Of a stretch of DNA of 64,000 bases, positions 47,244-57,354 are shown piece after piece. Below the pieces are notes generated by a model. It ran no database searches. It had not been told where the DNA came from and worked only from the letters and a program-made list of their open reading frames with translations. Both the position numbers and the translations under genes were made by a program. How positions within the stretch are numbered: the first letter of the stretch is position 1; the number at the start of each line of letters is the position of its first letter. The DNA lies in the IMG/VR virus record IMGVR_UViG_3300022305_000561; one strand, given 5' to 3'. This DNA comes from a virus. Taxonomy: Duplodnaviria; Caudoviricetes.

Positions 47244-48356
47244 TTACACCTCATACACTTCATTATCGGTTAGAATCTTATCAAACAAATCGATGAATGA
47301 TAAACGAGTTGATTCATCGAATCTATTAACACACAATTCAACCGATTTCTTCTTATCATTAAAGATTGAGAAAGACTTGACAATATGTATCAATCTACGA
47401 GTAGTGATGTTTTCATCAACACCACCATCATCAAATGTTCTACGGATCGTATCAGCCCAACGAACAAGATCATTAGCAAAATCGGTATCTAAACAATCAA
47501 ATTGATTCATCACATTTGTAACAATCTTTAACTCAACTGCTTGTCCTGGATAATCTTGAACCATTGTTACTGCAAATCGTTCAAGGAAGGCTTCGTTCAA
47601 GATATTCGTACCGATGTAACGACCATCTTCAGAACCCTTACCTTTTGTATTAGCAGTAGCAAAGATATTGAAACCGTCAGCAGGAATAATCATCTCGTTC
47701 TTCAACTTGAAGTAAAACGGTTTTCCTTCTAAAATTGGTTGAAGACATAACAATGTATTGGCATTACCAGCATCAATCTCATCTAGTAACAACACATAAC
47801 CCATTCTCATAGCACGAACAATTGGTCCTTCAATTACTTCAACATTACCATCAGTCAAAGTTTTAGTACCAATCAACTGGTCTTCATCAGTCATACTGTT
47901 AAGATTGATACGAATAATTGGACGATTTTGTTTAGCACATATTTGTTCAACAGTGGTAGATTTACCATTACCAGTTGGACCATAAATGTAAGTAGGATAG
48001 AAGATTTTAGACTTGATAACTTTTTCTACATCTTTATGGATACCGAATGGTACATAAGTTAGGTCAGTTGGAGGAATAAGGGATTCAGAAATATCATTAG
48101 ATATTTGAGTTTTTACAACAGTCAATTTAGGTTCAACTGCTTTTACTTCTCCAGTATATCCTGGAAGAGCATAAACACCTCGAGATACTCGAGTCTTTGT
48201 AATTATATAGAAATTAACAGGTTCTTTAATCTGAACTGATAATTTTTCAGCAGACTCAATTGCTTGTTGTCGTGTTACAACATTTGTTGTTTTTGTATCA
48301 GGATACATTTCAGATACAAGATTTAATAATTTAGTACGTTTTTCACTTGATTTCAT
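47244..48356 (-). CDS. MoxR/CobS-like AAA+ ATPase
   Basis: GPTGNGKS, LLDEIDAG, ATANTKG.G, NEAFLERF, TRRL. Confidence 0.9.
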   Translation of the reverse strand: MKSSEKRTKLLNLVSEMYPDTKTTNVVTRQQAIESAEKLSVQIKEPVNFYIITKTRVSRGVYALPGYTGEVKAVEPKLTVVKTQISNDISESLIPPTDLTYVPFGIHKDVEKVIKSKIFYPTYIYGPTGNGKSTTVEQICAKQNRPIIRINLNSMTDEDQLIGTKTLTDGNVEVIEGPIVRAMRMGYVLLLDEIDAGNANTLLCLQPILEGKPFYFKLKNEMIIPADGFNIFATANTKGKGSEDGRYIGTNILNEAFLERFAVTMVQDYPGQAVELKIVTNVMNQFDCLDTDFANDLVRWADTIRRTFDDGGVDENITTRRLIHIVKSFSIFNDKKKSVELCVNRFDESTRLSFIDLFDKILTDNEVYEV

Positions 48357-48430
48357 AATATATTTTCTCACTTGGTTTATTTAATTTATAAGTTATTATA
48401 AACTATGGTATTCATATTGTCAACCTTTAT

Positions 48431-50515
48431 TTAAGCCACCAACTTAATAAACTGATCAAGGACAGTACGATTGGTTTTCTTATTGTTTAAGAACTTCTTA
48501 AACTGTGAAGCCATACCTGAGGCAGTAGCATTTGGTTTGATTTCTAACTCAACAGTAGTTGATTTATTTTTTGATGATGGGAGGAAGTATAATTCATCAT
48601 AAGCAGTTGTTTCTAAAGTGAAAACACCTGTTTTTCTGATACTGCTTCTAATCTTCTCATAATTATCATACATTGTATCATATCTTCCTATAGGATTCAT
48701 AAATCCACTAATGAAATTGAAGATTTCACGTTTATTAACTCCTGCAATATAGAATCCAATTACTGGAATATTGTAACGGTCTTTGATAACTTTCAAAAGA
48801 AATTGGGTTTGTTCACTGGCACGTAAAGGAAACACATAATCCTTTTTAGTTTTTATATCTCTTAACTTATGAAGTATTTTTTTCTGCCAGTCGATTGTGC
48901 TACTATCAACCTTCAAAGTGGTTGAAATACCATCAGTAAGAACAACCAATGAAGTTTTTTCAACATTATTCATTCTAGTAAACTTACCTAAGTAATCAAC
49001 CATATACAATAAAGAAGAATTCAAAGGAGTATCGCCTAAACGATAGTCTCTTGAATACTGCCAAGGTCGTGATAAAACCAACTTAAGCATTTTGTTGAAT
49101 TCGGTTATTGACATTTTGTTGGAAAACAACTCTATCAGATTAAAATTATCAGATATTATAGAACTATTAAGTTTACTAGCATTAATTCTGTGTTTGTGAC
49201 ATTGTGAAGTAAATGCTAATACTTGATAAGCAATACCCGATCTTTGACAAAATGAAGCAAGATTAATAACTTGTTTAAGAGTATCTTCCATAACGCCACA
49301 CATTGAACCAGACCAGTCTAGTAGAAAGATCATACCGTGATTTTTTTCATCAGTTACGGTTGATATAGACTTGAATAGATTATCTGATATTGTATGGGCA
49401 AATAACTTGTTTACGTTAAGTCCACCAGTCTTTGCGATAGTTGTTCTAGAATAACGTCTTGCAGACTTCTTCATCTCAAACTCTTTAACTAGGTAGTTTA
49501 CATAGTTAGCTGATTCAGATTTGAACTCATTTACTGATTTTTCTCTATCACTAGCATAACCAGTATCAAGACCAACCACATAGTCTTCCGATAAATCGGT
49601 AAGAACTTGTTTATAACCAACGATTGGATTTTGAAACTCGGAAGGAACTTCAGTAGTATGATTGATAATGGATAAATGAGTATCAGCCAAGTTACCTAGG
49701 TTATTATCAAATGCTTCTTGAGTAGAGGCTTCTAAGGCTTCTTCCTCTTCTTTTTCTTCTTTACTCTTACCACCTGAACCTTTCGCAGTATCATCTTCTA
49801 TTTCTTCATCCGAACCTTCATCATCTGAATCGCCATCAGTTACTTCTGAATCTTCATCTTCCTCAGAATCATCATCATTATATTCATCATCATAAGAATC
49901 ATCATTTTCATATTCTTCAAATGATTCATTAGGTTCTTCAGACATTTGTTGTTCTTGTTGTTCAGCTTTCTTATCCTCATAATCAGCCTTTGAAAAAGCA
50001 TATATGTCATCAGATAAGGTAGTCACATCATTAACAGTATCACAAGTTTTTGCACGTTCAACAAAAACCATTTCTTGTTTAGTAAAAGTAACACCACAAG
50101 AAGAACCAGACTTGAAGTAAAGATTGATTCTATTGATTAGATTTAACTTAGATAAATCTTGATTGGCAATCTTAAAGAAGTCACGGTCATTCAACTCTTT
50201 ATAACCTTGAACAAAGTCTTTACGAAGACCAGGAAAGATTGATTTGATTTTACGTTCAATGCGAACATCTTCTATAACATTGATGTAAGATTTAGGTGTT
50301 TTAGAATCATTAACAAGAAGTTCAATAGGGGAGAACAATGCATGTCCTACTTCATGGGCTTTCAACATTATTTCAATCGTATCGGTCATATCTTGCCATT
50401 GAGGCAAAGTAAGAACACGATTAACAATATCGAAGGAAGCAGTAGAAACACCTGCCCGAACAATATCAATGTTCTCAGAAGCAAGTAGTTTGGCTAGTAA
50501 ATCAGTTTTATTCAT
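48431..50515 (-). CDS. CobT-like protein (N-terminal HExxH, acidic linker, vWA domain)
   Basis: HEVGHAL, EDVRIE, LDWSGSM MIDAS, TPL, LTDG. Confidence 0.85.
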   Translation of the reverse strand: MNKTDLLAKLLASENIDIVRAGVSTASFDIVNRVLTLPQWQDMTDTIEIMLKAHEVGHALFSPIELLVNDSKTPKSYINVIEDVRIERKIKSIFPGLRKDFVQGYKELNDRDFFKIANQDLSKLNLINRINLYFKSGSSCGVTFTKQEMVFVERAKTCDTVNDVTTLSDDIYAFSKADYEDKKAEQQEQQMSEEPNESFEEYENDDSYDDEYNDDDSEEDEDSEVTDGDSDDEGSDEEIEDDTAKGSGGKSKEEKEEEEALEASTQEAFDNNLGNLADTHLSIINHTTEVPSEFQNPIVGYKQVLTDLSEDYVVGLDTGYASDREKSVNEFKSESANYVNYLVKEFEMKKSARRYSRTTIAKTGGLNVNKLFAHTISDNLFKSISTVTDEKNHGMIFLLDWSGSMCGVMEDTLKQVINLASFCQRSGIAYQVLAFTSQCHKHRINASKLNSSIISDNFNLIELFSNKMSITEFNKMLKLVLSRPWQYSRDYRLGDTPLNSSLLYMVDYLGKFTRMNNVEKTSLVVLTDGISTTLKVDSSTIDWQKKILHKLRDIKTKKDYVFPLRASEQTQFLLKVIKDRYNIPVIGFYIAGVNKREIFNFISGFMNPIGRYDTMYDNYEKIRSSIRKTGVFTLETTAYDELYFLPSSKNKSTTVELEIKPNATASGMASQFKKFLNNKKTNRTVLDQFIKLVA

Positions 50516-50585
50516 AATATATTATCTCTTTTTCAATTTATAAGTTATTATAAATGATAAAGTTCATATTGTCAACATTTATTTT

Positions 50586-50645
50586 TGGTGGAGATAATAG
50601 GGATTAAACCTATGACCTATGTAATGCTATTACACCGCAACTCTA
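50586..50645 (-). pseudogene. degenerate tRNA (3' half with T-arm and ACCA)
   Basis: AGGTC-ATAGG-TTTAATC-CCTAT-TATCTCC-ACCA; no complementary 5' acceptor strand. Confidence 0.5.
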
Positions 50646-50738
50646 TAAACTGAATTTGCCGCAGCGAACCCATCTGCTGCTTTAATTTTCTTGACTTCTC
50701 GGCACTAGAAACCTTATGTCTGGGGCGTTAGCAAAACT

Positions 50739-50797
50739 TGGAGCCTCATATCCGATTCAAACGGCATTAAGCACGCTGTTCTCGGGAACGATGAGGC
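50739..50797 (-). ncRNA. 59-nt tRNA-like RNA with CCA end and no normal anticodon arm
   Basis: GCCTCAT/ATGAGGC acceptor plus TCCA; T-like arm CCG-TTTGAAT-CGG; GTTC/GAAC hairpin. Confidence 0.55.
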
Positions 50798-50802
50798 AAA
50801 CT

Positions 50803-50878
50803 TGGAGCGGACGACTGGGTACGATCCAGCAACATTCTGATTGGAAATCAGATACTCTACCAATTGAGTTACGTCCGC
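50803..50878 (-). tRNA. tRNA-Gly (TCC)
   Basis: GCGGACG/CGTCCGC acceptor, D-arm with TGG, TCTGA-TTTCCAA-TCAGA anticodon arm, encoded CCA. Confidence 0.9.
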
Positions 50879-51292
50879 AATATTTAATAAAACACACTAT
50901 AGAATAGTTTTAGTCGCCTCTATTCTTAACGAGTAAGCGAATTTATATAAACCCGACTAATATGTTTAATAAAACACACTCTGTTATGGAATTGAACCAT
51001 ATTAAGCATAGCACATACCAGCACTTACTCAGCAATCCAGCTGAACCTGATCAAGGTCGAATGTGTTTTATTAAAAGTATTTCAACACACATCGTCCAAT
51101 TGTGACCTTAGAGTGTGTAATAGTTAATTGATACAATCAACCCAAATACTTTTATGAATATACTGATTCGTATTAACACTGCGATTCGAGACATTTTACC
51201 TTGCCCTTGCGGTCATGCTCCGCAGCTCAATATATTCTTAAAAGTGCCGTCTTTGACTTCTTTACAGTCTTATGACTTTCGGCTTTGCCATT

Positions 51293-51354
51293 ATCACCAG
51301 AGTGAGTCGAACACTCGTTCCCTATACAGGATCCTACCATTAGAAGATGGCGAT
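51293..51354 (-). ncRNA. tRNA-like element with D and T arms but a vestigial anticodon arm
   Basis: ATCGCCA/TGGTGAT acceptor; TTCT-AATGGT-AGGA; CCTGTATAGG; GAGTG-TTCGACT-CACTC. Confidence 0.55.
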
Positions 51355-51392
51355 AATTAGGTGCCACTTATGCTTAGGGAGCATTTATAACT

Positions 51393-51620
51393 TTACTTAG
51401 TCATTGATTTCTTAAACAAAGAATCCAATTTATCGTTCATTTCTTTCTCGCCTTTTGCACAATGAGCAGTACACATTGAACCAGCTTTTACTGTAGATGC
51501 TTCAATATCTGTAGCAGTAGAAGTTTTCAATAAATCTACTTGAGCTTGAAGGTCAGCTACATCACCATTACTTGCACAACCTACGACTAACATTGCAACT
51601 ACTGCTACTAACATTTTCAT
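51393..51620 (-). CDS. small lipoprotein (Lpp/OprI-like)
   Basis: Lipobox VVGC, then a coiled coil ending KLDSLFKKSM.K. Confidence 0.7.
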   Translation of the reverse strand: MKMLVAVVAMLVVGCASNGDVADLQAQVDLLKTSTATDIEASTVKAGSMCTAHCAKGEKEMNDKLDSLFKKSMTK

Positions 51621-51775
51621 ACTTGTTTTCCTTTTAGAATTTTCATTCGATTTATGATTTTATCTTTATCTCTTGGACGTCTTGTTGTTTCCAACAATGC
51701 TTCAAGTTGAGGCATAGACAAAGGTTTTATACGATTTTTACCTGTAATAGTGGTTTTAGGGTTTCTTTTCCTCAT
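51617..51775 (-). CDS. small basic hypothetical protein
   Basis: MRKRNP..RIKPLS..QL..RPRDK.KI; RBS GAGGA. Confidence 0.6.
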   Translation of the reverse strand: MRKRNPKTTITGKNRIKPLSMPQLEALLETTRRPRDKDKIINRMKILKGKQV

Positions 51776-51849
51776 TTTATATATCCTCATTTCAATAAGT
51801 TTACAACACAAATTATATTATACTACGGTAGTTCTAAAAAGTAAAGTCT

Positions 51850-52125
51850 TTACACATAAAACTCCTTAATAACTTCAAACCCTGTTTTAGTCAAACCAAC
51901 TTTAGATTCCCTTCCTTCAGATGTATGCCAAACCAAATTAGCATTAAGTAAACTTGTAAAAGTTCCTTTGTCTTGAGCAGTTTCTAAAATACTTGACGCC
52001 CAAGTAGTGCTTTCATTAGGATCATTTGATTCAAGTAACGCTTTAGCATCACCGTTGAAATTTGTAAAATCATCTTCAACGATTTTAGACAGTAAGTTAA
52101 ATTGTAATTCAGTAGGTTTTTTCAT
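51850..52125 (-). CDS. hypothetical early protein, paralog of 3551-3829
   Basis: MKKPTELQFNL..AQDKGTF; own TTTACT/TATAAT promoter. Confidence 0.7.
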   Translation of the reverse strand: MKKPTELQFNLLSKIVEDDFTNFNGDAKALLESNDPNESTTWASSILETAQDKGTFTSLLNANLVWHTSEGRESKVGLTKTGFEVIKEFYV

Positions 52126-52200
52126 AATATATTTTCTCACTTGGTTTATTTAATTTATAAGTAATTATACCTCATCTAAAACCAAAAGTAAAGCATTATT

Positions 52201-53913
52201 TTATGCTACTACACTAAAATCGTGTCTCTTTTCTATTGTTATAACATTCTTAAATTTATCTACAATCTGGTCAACATTATGACTTATCACAAATACATTA
52301 CAATGCTCGCCCAATGTAGATAACAAATTCATTACATAATCAGTTCCATTAGCATCTAAAGAACCCTCAAGTACTTCATCCAACAACAATAGATTTGTAT
52401 TAGCAGAATTCTTAAGTCTTGCTATTTCTCTCCAAGAAAACAATAATGCCAAATCTATCCTTTGTTTTTCTCCTTCCGAGAAACTTGCATAGGTAAAGTC
52501 GTCACGGTATCTGGATTTAATAGATTCATTAAATGAATCAGATAATGTAAATTGTACGAAAAAGTCCATTGCAGTCAGATACTTGTTGATCAGGGTGTTA
52601 ATCGTGGGCAGATATTCCTTTATCACTGATGTTTTAATCCCAGTATCTTTCAATAATATAGAAGCAATATCTTCAATGTTTCTTTGTTCTTGGAGTATAG
52701 TTTTGGTAGCAATGTTCTCGATAGCAACATTAGCAAACTCTTTTAACTTATCTCTTTCAACATCTATGTTACCTTGATCTTTCTGGGTAGTTTTGATATC
52801 AAGTTCTAATCCAGAGTTTTGTTCTTTCAAAGTCTTTATGGCAGAAGTATAGGTATATATTCCGTTCTTTGCAGCAAGAACTTCCGAAGCAATCTTATTC
52901 ACTTCAAACATCCTATCATTACATCTTTGTATTTCCTGGTTTAGCTGGTCAATCTCAACTAGGTTCAAATCATATTCGTTTTGGAGTGTTTCTCTTATAG
53001 AGGATTTATGTTCATGCGGAATATTTTGTGAACAAGAAGGGCAACTATCATTTTCATCAAAGAACCCTAAAGTCTTTTCCATTATACTATTACTATGAAT
53101 AATAGTCTTGACCATAGAATTGGCGTGAGATATTGTTTCGTGGACTACTCTTGAATCAGCAATTTGTAGTTGTAATATCTCAATTTGGTATTCAGTGTCT
53201 TTTAAGTTCTTTTCAGTAGTATATATATCTTTTTGATTTTTGTCGATTCTACTTTGTATACTTTCAATATGAGTCTGTTTACTAGTCATCATACTGTTAA
53301 TCAAGTTTTGTTGATTATCCACAGTAGACTTAGCGATATGAATACTGGTAGTTACATTTTCAATTTGTTGTTTAGTATATTGGATCTTTTCTTTCAACAG
53401 ATTATTCATTGTGCTAAAGATTCTGATGTCCAGGATATCCTCAATAACTTCTCTTCTATTACTAGCAGATAACTGCATAAATGGAACAAAAGAAGATGAA
53501 CCTAATATCACTACCTGAGTAAAAGTTCTGAAGTTCATCTTTAGAATTTGCTGTTCTAATACAATCTGATAATCTTTAAGAGCAGCATCTTGTGTGATTA
53601 GAACATCGTTTTTCCATATCTCAAACAGATTAGGTTTGACGCCACGAATTACACGATAAACACTTCCAGCAACTTCGAATTCAACTGTTACCAGTAGATT
53701 CTTGCCATTTATAGAGTTGACAAGTTGTGGCTTAGTAATACTTCTAAACGGTTTATTGAATAGGGCAAACGTCAAGGCATCTAAGATAGTTGACTTTCCA
53801 TTACCATTTTTACCAATAATCAAGGTAGATGAATGAACATCTAGGTCTATTCTGGTTGGTACATTACCAGTAGAAAGTAAGTTCTTCCATTCGACATACT
53901 TAAATTTTATCAT
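52201..53913 (-). CDS. 46: recombination nuclease ATPase subunit (gp46, Rad50-like)
   Basis: GKNGNGKST, CPSC hook, FSEGEK, LLDE, ISH. Confidence 0.96.
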   Translation of the reverse strand: MIKFKYVEWKNLLSTGNVPTRIDLDVHSSTLIIGKNGNGKSTILDALTFALFNKPFRSITKPQLVNSINGKNLLVTVEFEVAGSVYRVIRGVKPNLFEIWKNDVLITQDAALKDYQIVLEQQILKMNFRTFTQVVILGSSSFVPFMQLSASNRREVIEDILDIRIFSTMNNLLKEKIQYTKQQIENVTTSIHIAKSTVDNQQNLINSMMTSKQTHIESIQSRIDKNQKDIYTTEKNLKDTEYQIEILQLQIADSRVVHETISHANSMVKTIIHSNSIMEKTLGFFDENDSCPSCSQNIPHEHKSSIRETLQNEYDLNLVEIDQLNQEIQRCNDRMFEVNKIASEVLAAKNGIYTYTSAIKTLKEQNSGLELDIKTTQKDQGNIDVERDKLKEFANVAIENIATKTILQEQRNIEDIASILLKDTGIKTSVIKEYLPTINTLINKYLTAMDFFVQFTLSDSFNESIKSRYRDDFTYASFSEGEKQRIDLALLFSWREIARLKNSANTNLLLLDEVLEGSLDANGTDYVMNLLSTLGEHCNVFVISHNVDQIVDKFKNVITIEKRHDFSVVA

Positions 53914-54989
53914 ATAATTTCTTTTGCATCAAGATATAAAGATTTCATAAAGGATTTAATCTTATCACGGTTTGTGTCATCAGCGACTGAATCAACATAA
54001 CCCTCAAGCACTTCTAAGGTGTTTTCAATACTTATTTGAGTTGTATCAACAACTCCCTCTGAGAAATCAGACAAATCTTCAAGTATCTTAATCTCATAGG
54101 TATCGCTTTCATAAAGTTTCTTTAGGAACTGATCAAACTTATAATAATCTGTTTTCTTTACTACTACTATTTTGATATACTTCTGTTGAAACTGCTCTAT
54201 ATCAATAGTATCATAATCAACTAATTCATCATTGTATTCGTGTCTAAGAAACATTGTATAGGGATTCTTAATGAATTCTGTTTGTCTTGTTTCTGTATCG
54301 AATATATGAAATCCTTTCTGGTCATTGTAATCAGACCAAGTCATTTCATAAGGAGTGCCGACATAATGAATATTTTCTTTATCAGATTTAGTATGAAAAT
54401 GACCTGAATAAACACCTTCATATTTGGCGAACATTTTGTAATTTATTTCTCCAGAATCAATAAGTTGTTTCAATTCTTTAGATACATCTTGTCCTTTATA
54501 CATCGGAAAATTGGAAAACTCAAAATGCCCGAAGCATAAATCAGATTTACTATCTCGGATAAACTCGAATGCTTCTTCTACATTCTCTTTACATATCCAA
54601 GGAATGATGTCGATAGATGTATTATCGACATCCCATTTTGTCATCTTATCATAAATATGAAGATTTGTAAACTCACCAAGTAATAATCCTGTAGAGTTTA
54701 CAGATAATGATTCACGATAATAAAGATCGTGATTACCCAACAATGTACATAGAACTATACCAGCATCTTGTAGTGGTTGAAAGAAGAACCTTTTACTTTC
54801 AGCCAAAGTATTGAAGTTGATATACTTTCTTCTATCAAACATATCACCAAGTTGCCATACAACTTTAATGTCATTTTCAATAAGATATGGCAGGAAGACA
54901 TTAGTATAAAACTTATCTTGTAGGGCAAGAAAGTTAGGACTATCTGATCTTACGCCAAAATGAGTATCACCGCAGATTGCTATCTTCAT
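53910..54989 (-). CDS. 47: recombination nuclease subunit (gp47, Mre11-like)
   Basis: DTHFG, LGD.FD.R, GNHD, SGHFH. Confidence 0.96.
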   Translation of the reverse strand: MKIAICGDTHFGVRSDSPNFLALQDKFYTNVFLPYLIENDIKVVWQLGDMFDRRKYINFNTLAESKRFFFQPLQDAGIVLCTLLGNHDLYYRESLSVNSTGLLLGEFTNLHIYDKMTKWDVDNTSIDIIPWICKENVEEAFEFIRDSKSDLCFGHFEFSNFPMYKGQDVSKELKQLIDSGEINYKMFAKYEGVYSGHFHTKSDKENIHYVGTPYEMTWSDYNDQKGFHIFDTETRQTEFIKNPYTMFLRHEYNDELVDYDTIDIEQFQQKYIKIVVVKKTDYYKFDQFLKKLYESDTYEIKILEDLSDFSEGVVDTTQISIENTLEVLEGYVDSVADDTNRDKIKSFMKSLYLDAKEII

Positions 54990-55516
54990 TCAGATATCAC
55001 ATCTAAAGTTTGACAAGTCGGAACTATTACTTTTGGAACCTTTACCTTTCTAACAACATTTGGCAACTCAGCGTCTGAAAACTCAGCCAAGAACTCTCTG
55101 TATGAGTTGACAAACTCTGCATCATCATCTTGTTCTTGAAGTTCAAATACTATGTTACCTACAGATTGGATAATTTTATGTTTAAGTTGATATTGTATCT
55201 TCTCTTTTGCAATCCTACGAAGGTATGCAAAGTATATAATTTGAGTATAATAAGAGAATGGATTGGACGACTTCTCAGGATTGAACTTATCAAAATATCT
55301 GATGCAGTTTTCAATACCATCACAAATCATTTCATCTTTGAATGAGTATCCATTGAAGTTACCCTTGTTGGCAAGATTGTTTGCAATCTTTAGAACACAC
55401 TCACCAAGATAGTTGGTGATTTGAGGTTTCTCATCACCTTCTTTAAGTTTAGATAGAAGTTCTTTTCTTTCAAGTATTGCTGCAAAAAAATCCTTGTTTG
55501 ATACATACTCAGCCAT
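54986..55516 (-). CDS. 55: late-transcription sigma factor (gp55)
   Basis: YVSNK, GEC..KIA, EMI.DGIE, NPFSYYTQI.Y.A..RRI.KE. Confidence 0.95.
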   Translation of the reverse strand: MAEYVSNKDFFAAILERKELLSKLKEGDEKPQITNYLGECVLKIANNLANKGNFNGYSFKDEMICDGIENCIRYFDKFNPEKSSNPFSYYTQIIYFAYLRRIAKEKIQYQLKHKIIQSVGNIVFELQEQDDDAEFVNSYREFLAEFSDAELPNVVRKVKVPKVIVPTCQTLDVISE

Positions 55517-55825
55517 TTCAATCACCTATTAATTAAATATAATAATATTATATACTACATCATCTAAAAAGTAAAGTATATTGAATTTAGGAAGTTTATG
55601 TTAAAAGCATAAACTCTAAAACCTTCAAAATACCTTATTTATTTTCCATCTAAATCAATAACTTACAAATCATTTATTCGCTTAAATATCGTAATCTGTA
55701 TAAAGTTACGTCTTGTTTATACTTAAATGTGTTTAAAATGACTTCTTTTTATGTATTTAAGTTATAAATCAATAGATTAGAGAAATGTTCTCTTAGGATA
55801 TAAGGCAAAAAATATCAATTCTCAA

Positions 55826-55884
55826 AGTCTTGACTTTTGCCTGTTTTTATAGTATACTTTATCTGTGGTTGGGTTAAGTAGATT
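55826..55884 (+). promoter_or_regulatory. 59-bp exact repeat containing a sigma70-type promoter; copy 2
   Basis: Identical to 11520-11578; IHF-consensus sites upstream at 55653 and 55767. Confidence 0.85.
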
Positions 55885-55890
55885 TATAGA

Positions 55891-56215
55891 TTACTTAATA
55901 TCCACTTGATGTAACTTAAGATCAAATTGCTCTTCTGAGTAGGCCTTAACTCTCTCGGCAAAGTGATTCAAAGTATGATTCATAGATGACTTATAGGAAA
56001 GGTCATCTGCCACATCGTAAAGCACACAGGATGATTTGCCTTCCCTCAACCTAAGACCTCGTCCTATAGATTGGAAGTTTCGTATTTTACTCTTAGTTGG
56101 ACTAGCAAAGATAATATTCTCAATAGATGGAATATTAATACCAGTAGAGAAAGTTGCGTCAATAGGACGCAATAATAATTGCGCCCCTGACCTCCTGTAT
56201 TTTTTCTGGTAACAT
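55891..56215 (-). CDS. uvsW: UvsW helicase C-fragment, interrupted by a 4-nt insertion containing a stop
   Basis: ATG overlaps the HNH stop (TAATG); reads MLPEKIQEVRGAIIIASY-[TGAC]-ATFSTGINIP..QSIGRGLR. Confidence 0.7.
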
Positions 56216-57087
56216 TAAGATAGCCTTTTAGATTTCGATTTATCCTTCACCCAATAAAATCCTATTGGGCACTCTTTTGTTTTTGTTTTATTTATACCAT
56301 CTGTCCAAATCCTTAAACCTACTCTAGAGGATTTTTGCCTATCCCTAAAATCCTGATCCTCCCACATCGTTTTTATTTTTTCTCCAGCATCTAATCGCTT
56401 ATCAATATTTGTATTGACTATTAACATCTTTTCATTAAAAGCTATTTTATATTCATCATCCCTTTCATCCCATACTTTTTGTTGAGAAATAGAGGATTTT
56501 ATTTTTTCTTCTGGTCTATTCTTAAACTCAGACTGATATTCTGAAAACGATATTCTACGATCATCAGTCCAAGAATCCTGGGATGATTGTTTATGCTTAG
56601 CCTTTGTTTCAGGATTTAACATGTGTATGTGTATAGATGTTGATATACCATTTTTCACTTGTTCTCTTGCTATGATAGCTCGCTTTGCTCTGAATCCATC
56701 GTATTTTTCGGTATCTTTTTTTAGAACTTCCCACGCTGATGTAGAACCCTTAGACATCATATCTCTATATTCTTCAGAAGTCAAATCACTTCTCATAAAC
56801 CTAAGAGGGTTTATGAATTTATTTATAGGATATGCCTGAGCCAACAGTTTATGTGCCTGAACGTGGGTTGAATATTCTAATTTTACTAGATTCCAAGAAC
56901 AATCTATAAACTGAGGGAATATGCTCTTAGGTAATATGTGATGTATTTCGGCATAAACGCCCTCATTGCATACTTTTGTTATTAAACTAAGATATTCTTC
57001 TAGATATGATAAAGATTCTGGAGCACCTAATTCTTCATCTAATTTTGATTGAAAAAAAATATTATTATATATACTTATGCTGGTCAT
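56215..57087 (-). CDS. HNH homing endonuclease inserted in uvsW
   Basis: EIHHILPKS.FP..WNLVKL..HVQAHKLL; start MTSISIY. Confidence 0.85.
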   Translation of the reverse strand: MTSISIYNNIFFQSKLDEELGAPESLSYLEEYLSLITKVCNEGVYAEIHHILPKSIFPQFIDCSWNLVKLEYSTHVQAHKLLAQAYPINKFINPLRFMRSDLTSEEYRDMMSKGSTSAWEVLKKDTEKYDGFRAKRAIIAREQVKNGISTSIHIHMLNPETKAKHKQSSQDSWTDDRRISFSEYQSEFKNRPEEKIKSSISQQKVWDERDDEYKIAFNEKMLIVNTNIDKRLDAGEKIKTMWEDQDFRDRQKSSRVGLRIWTDGINKTKTKECPIGFYWVKDKSKSKRLS

Positions 57088-57178
57088 AATGGTTTCCATT
57101 GTTGAATGATTAGAGTTAGTGGGTTCCGAGGCCGCGACTAACACCTTTTACTATACTATTTATAAGAATTGGAAACTC
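57067..57178 (-). repeat. conserved endonuclease-leader module, copy E
   Basis: AGTTTCCAATTCT-TATAAATA; hairpin GTTAGT-CGC-GG..CC-C-ACTAAC (57142-57115); TCTAATCATTC; ATGACCAGC. Confidence 0.9.
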
Positions 57179-57184
57179 TAGATT

Positions 57185-57354
57185 ATGAATCCAGACAAAC
57201 TTGAATATCAATGCCCCTATTGCCACGAGTGGATATTGAAAACTCAATATAGCAACCACGAAAACTTGCATATCAATGAATGGTTAATGCACCAACAACA
57301 CTAGATGAACTAGAACGAAGATTAAGACCTTTGGGATTGTTTGACGAAAGATAA
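57185..57354 (+). CDS. C2H2 zinc-finger micro-ORF divergent from leader copy E (39 aa; homologous tail out of frame)
   Basis: MNPDKLEYQCPYCHEWILKTQYSNHENLH, stop at 57304; shifted frame reads LDELERRLRPLGLFDER*, matching the 37870 paralog. Confidence 0.65.

Noticed and set aside
51073-51152. Hammerhead ribozyme
   Set aside because: The three-stem layout and a GAAA are present but the CUGANGA core is missing on both strands.
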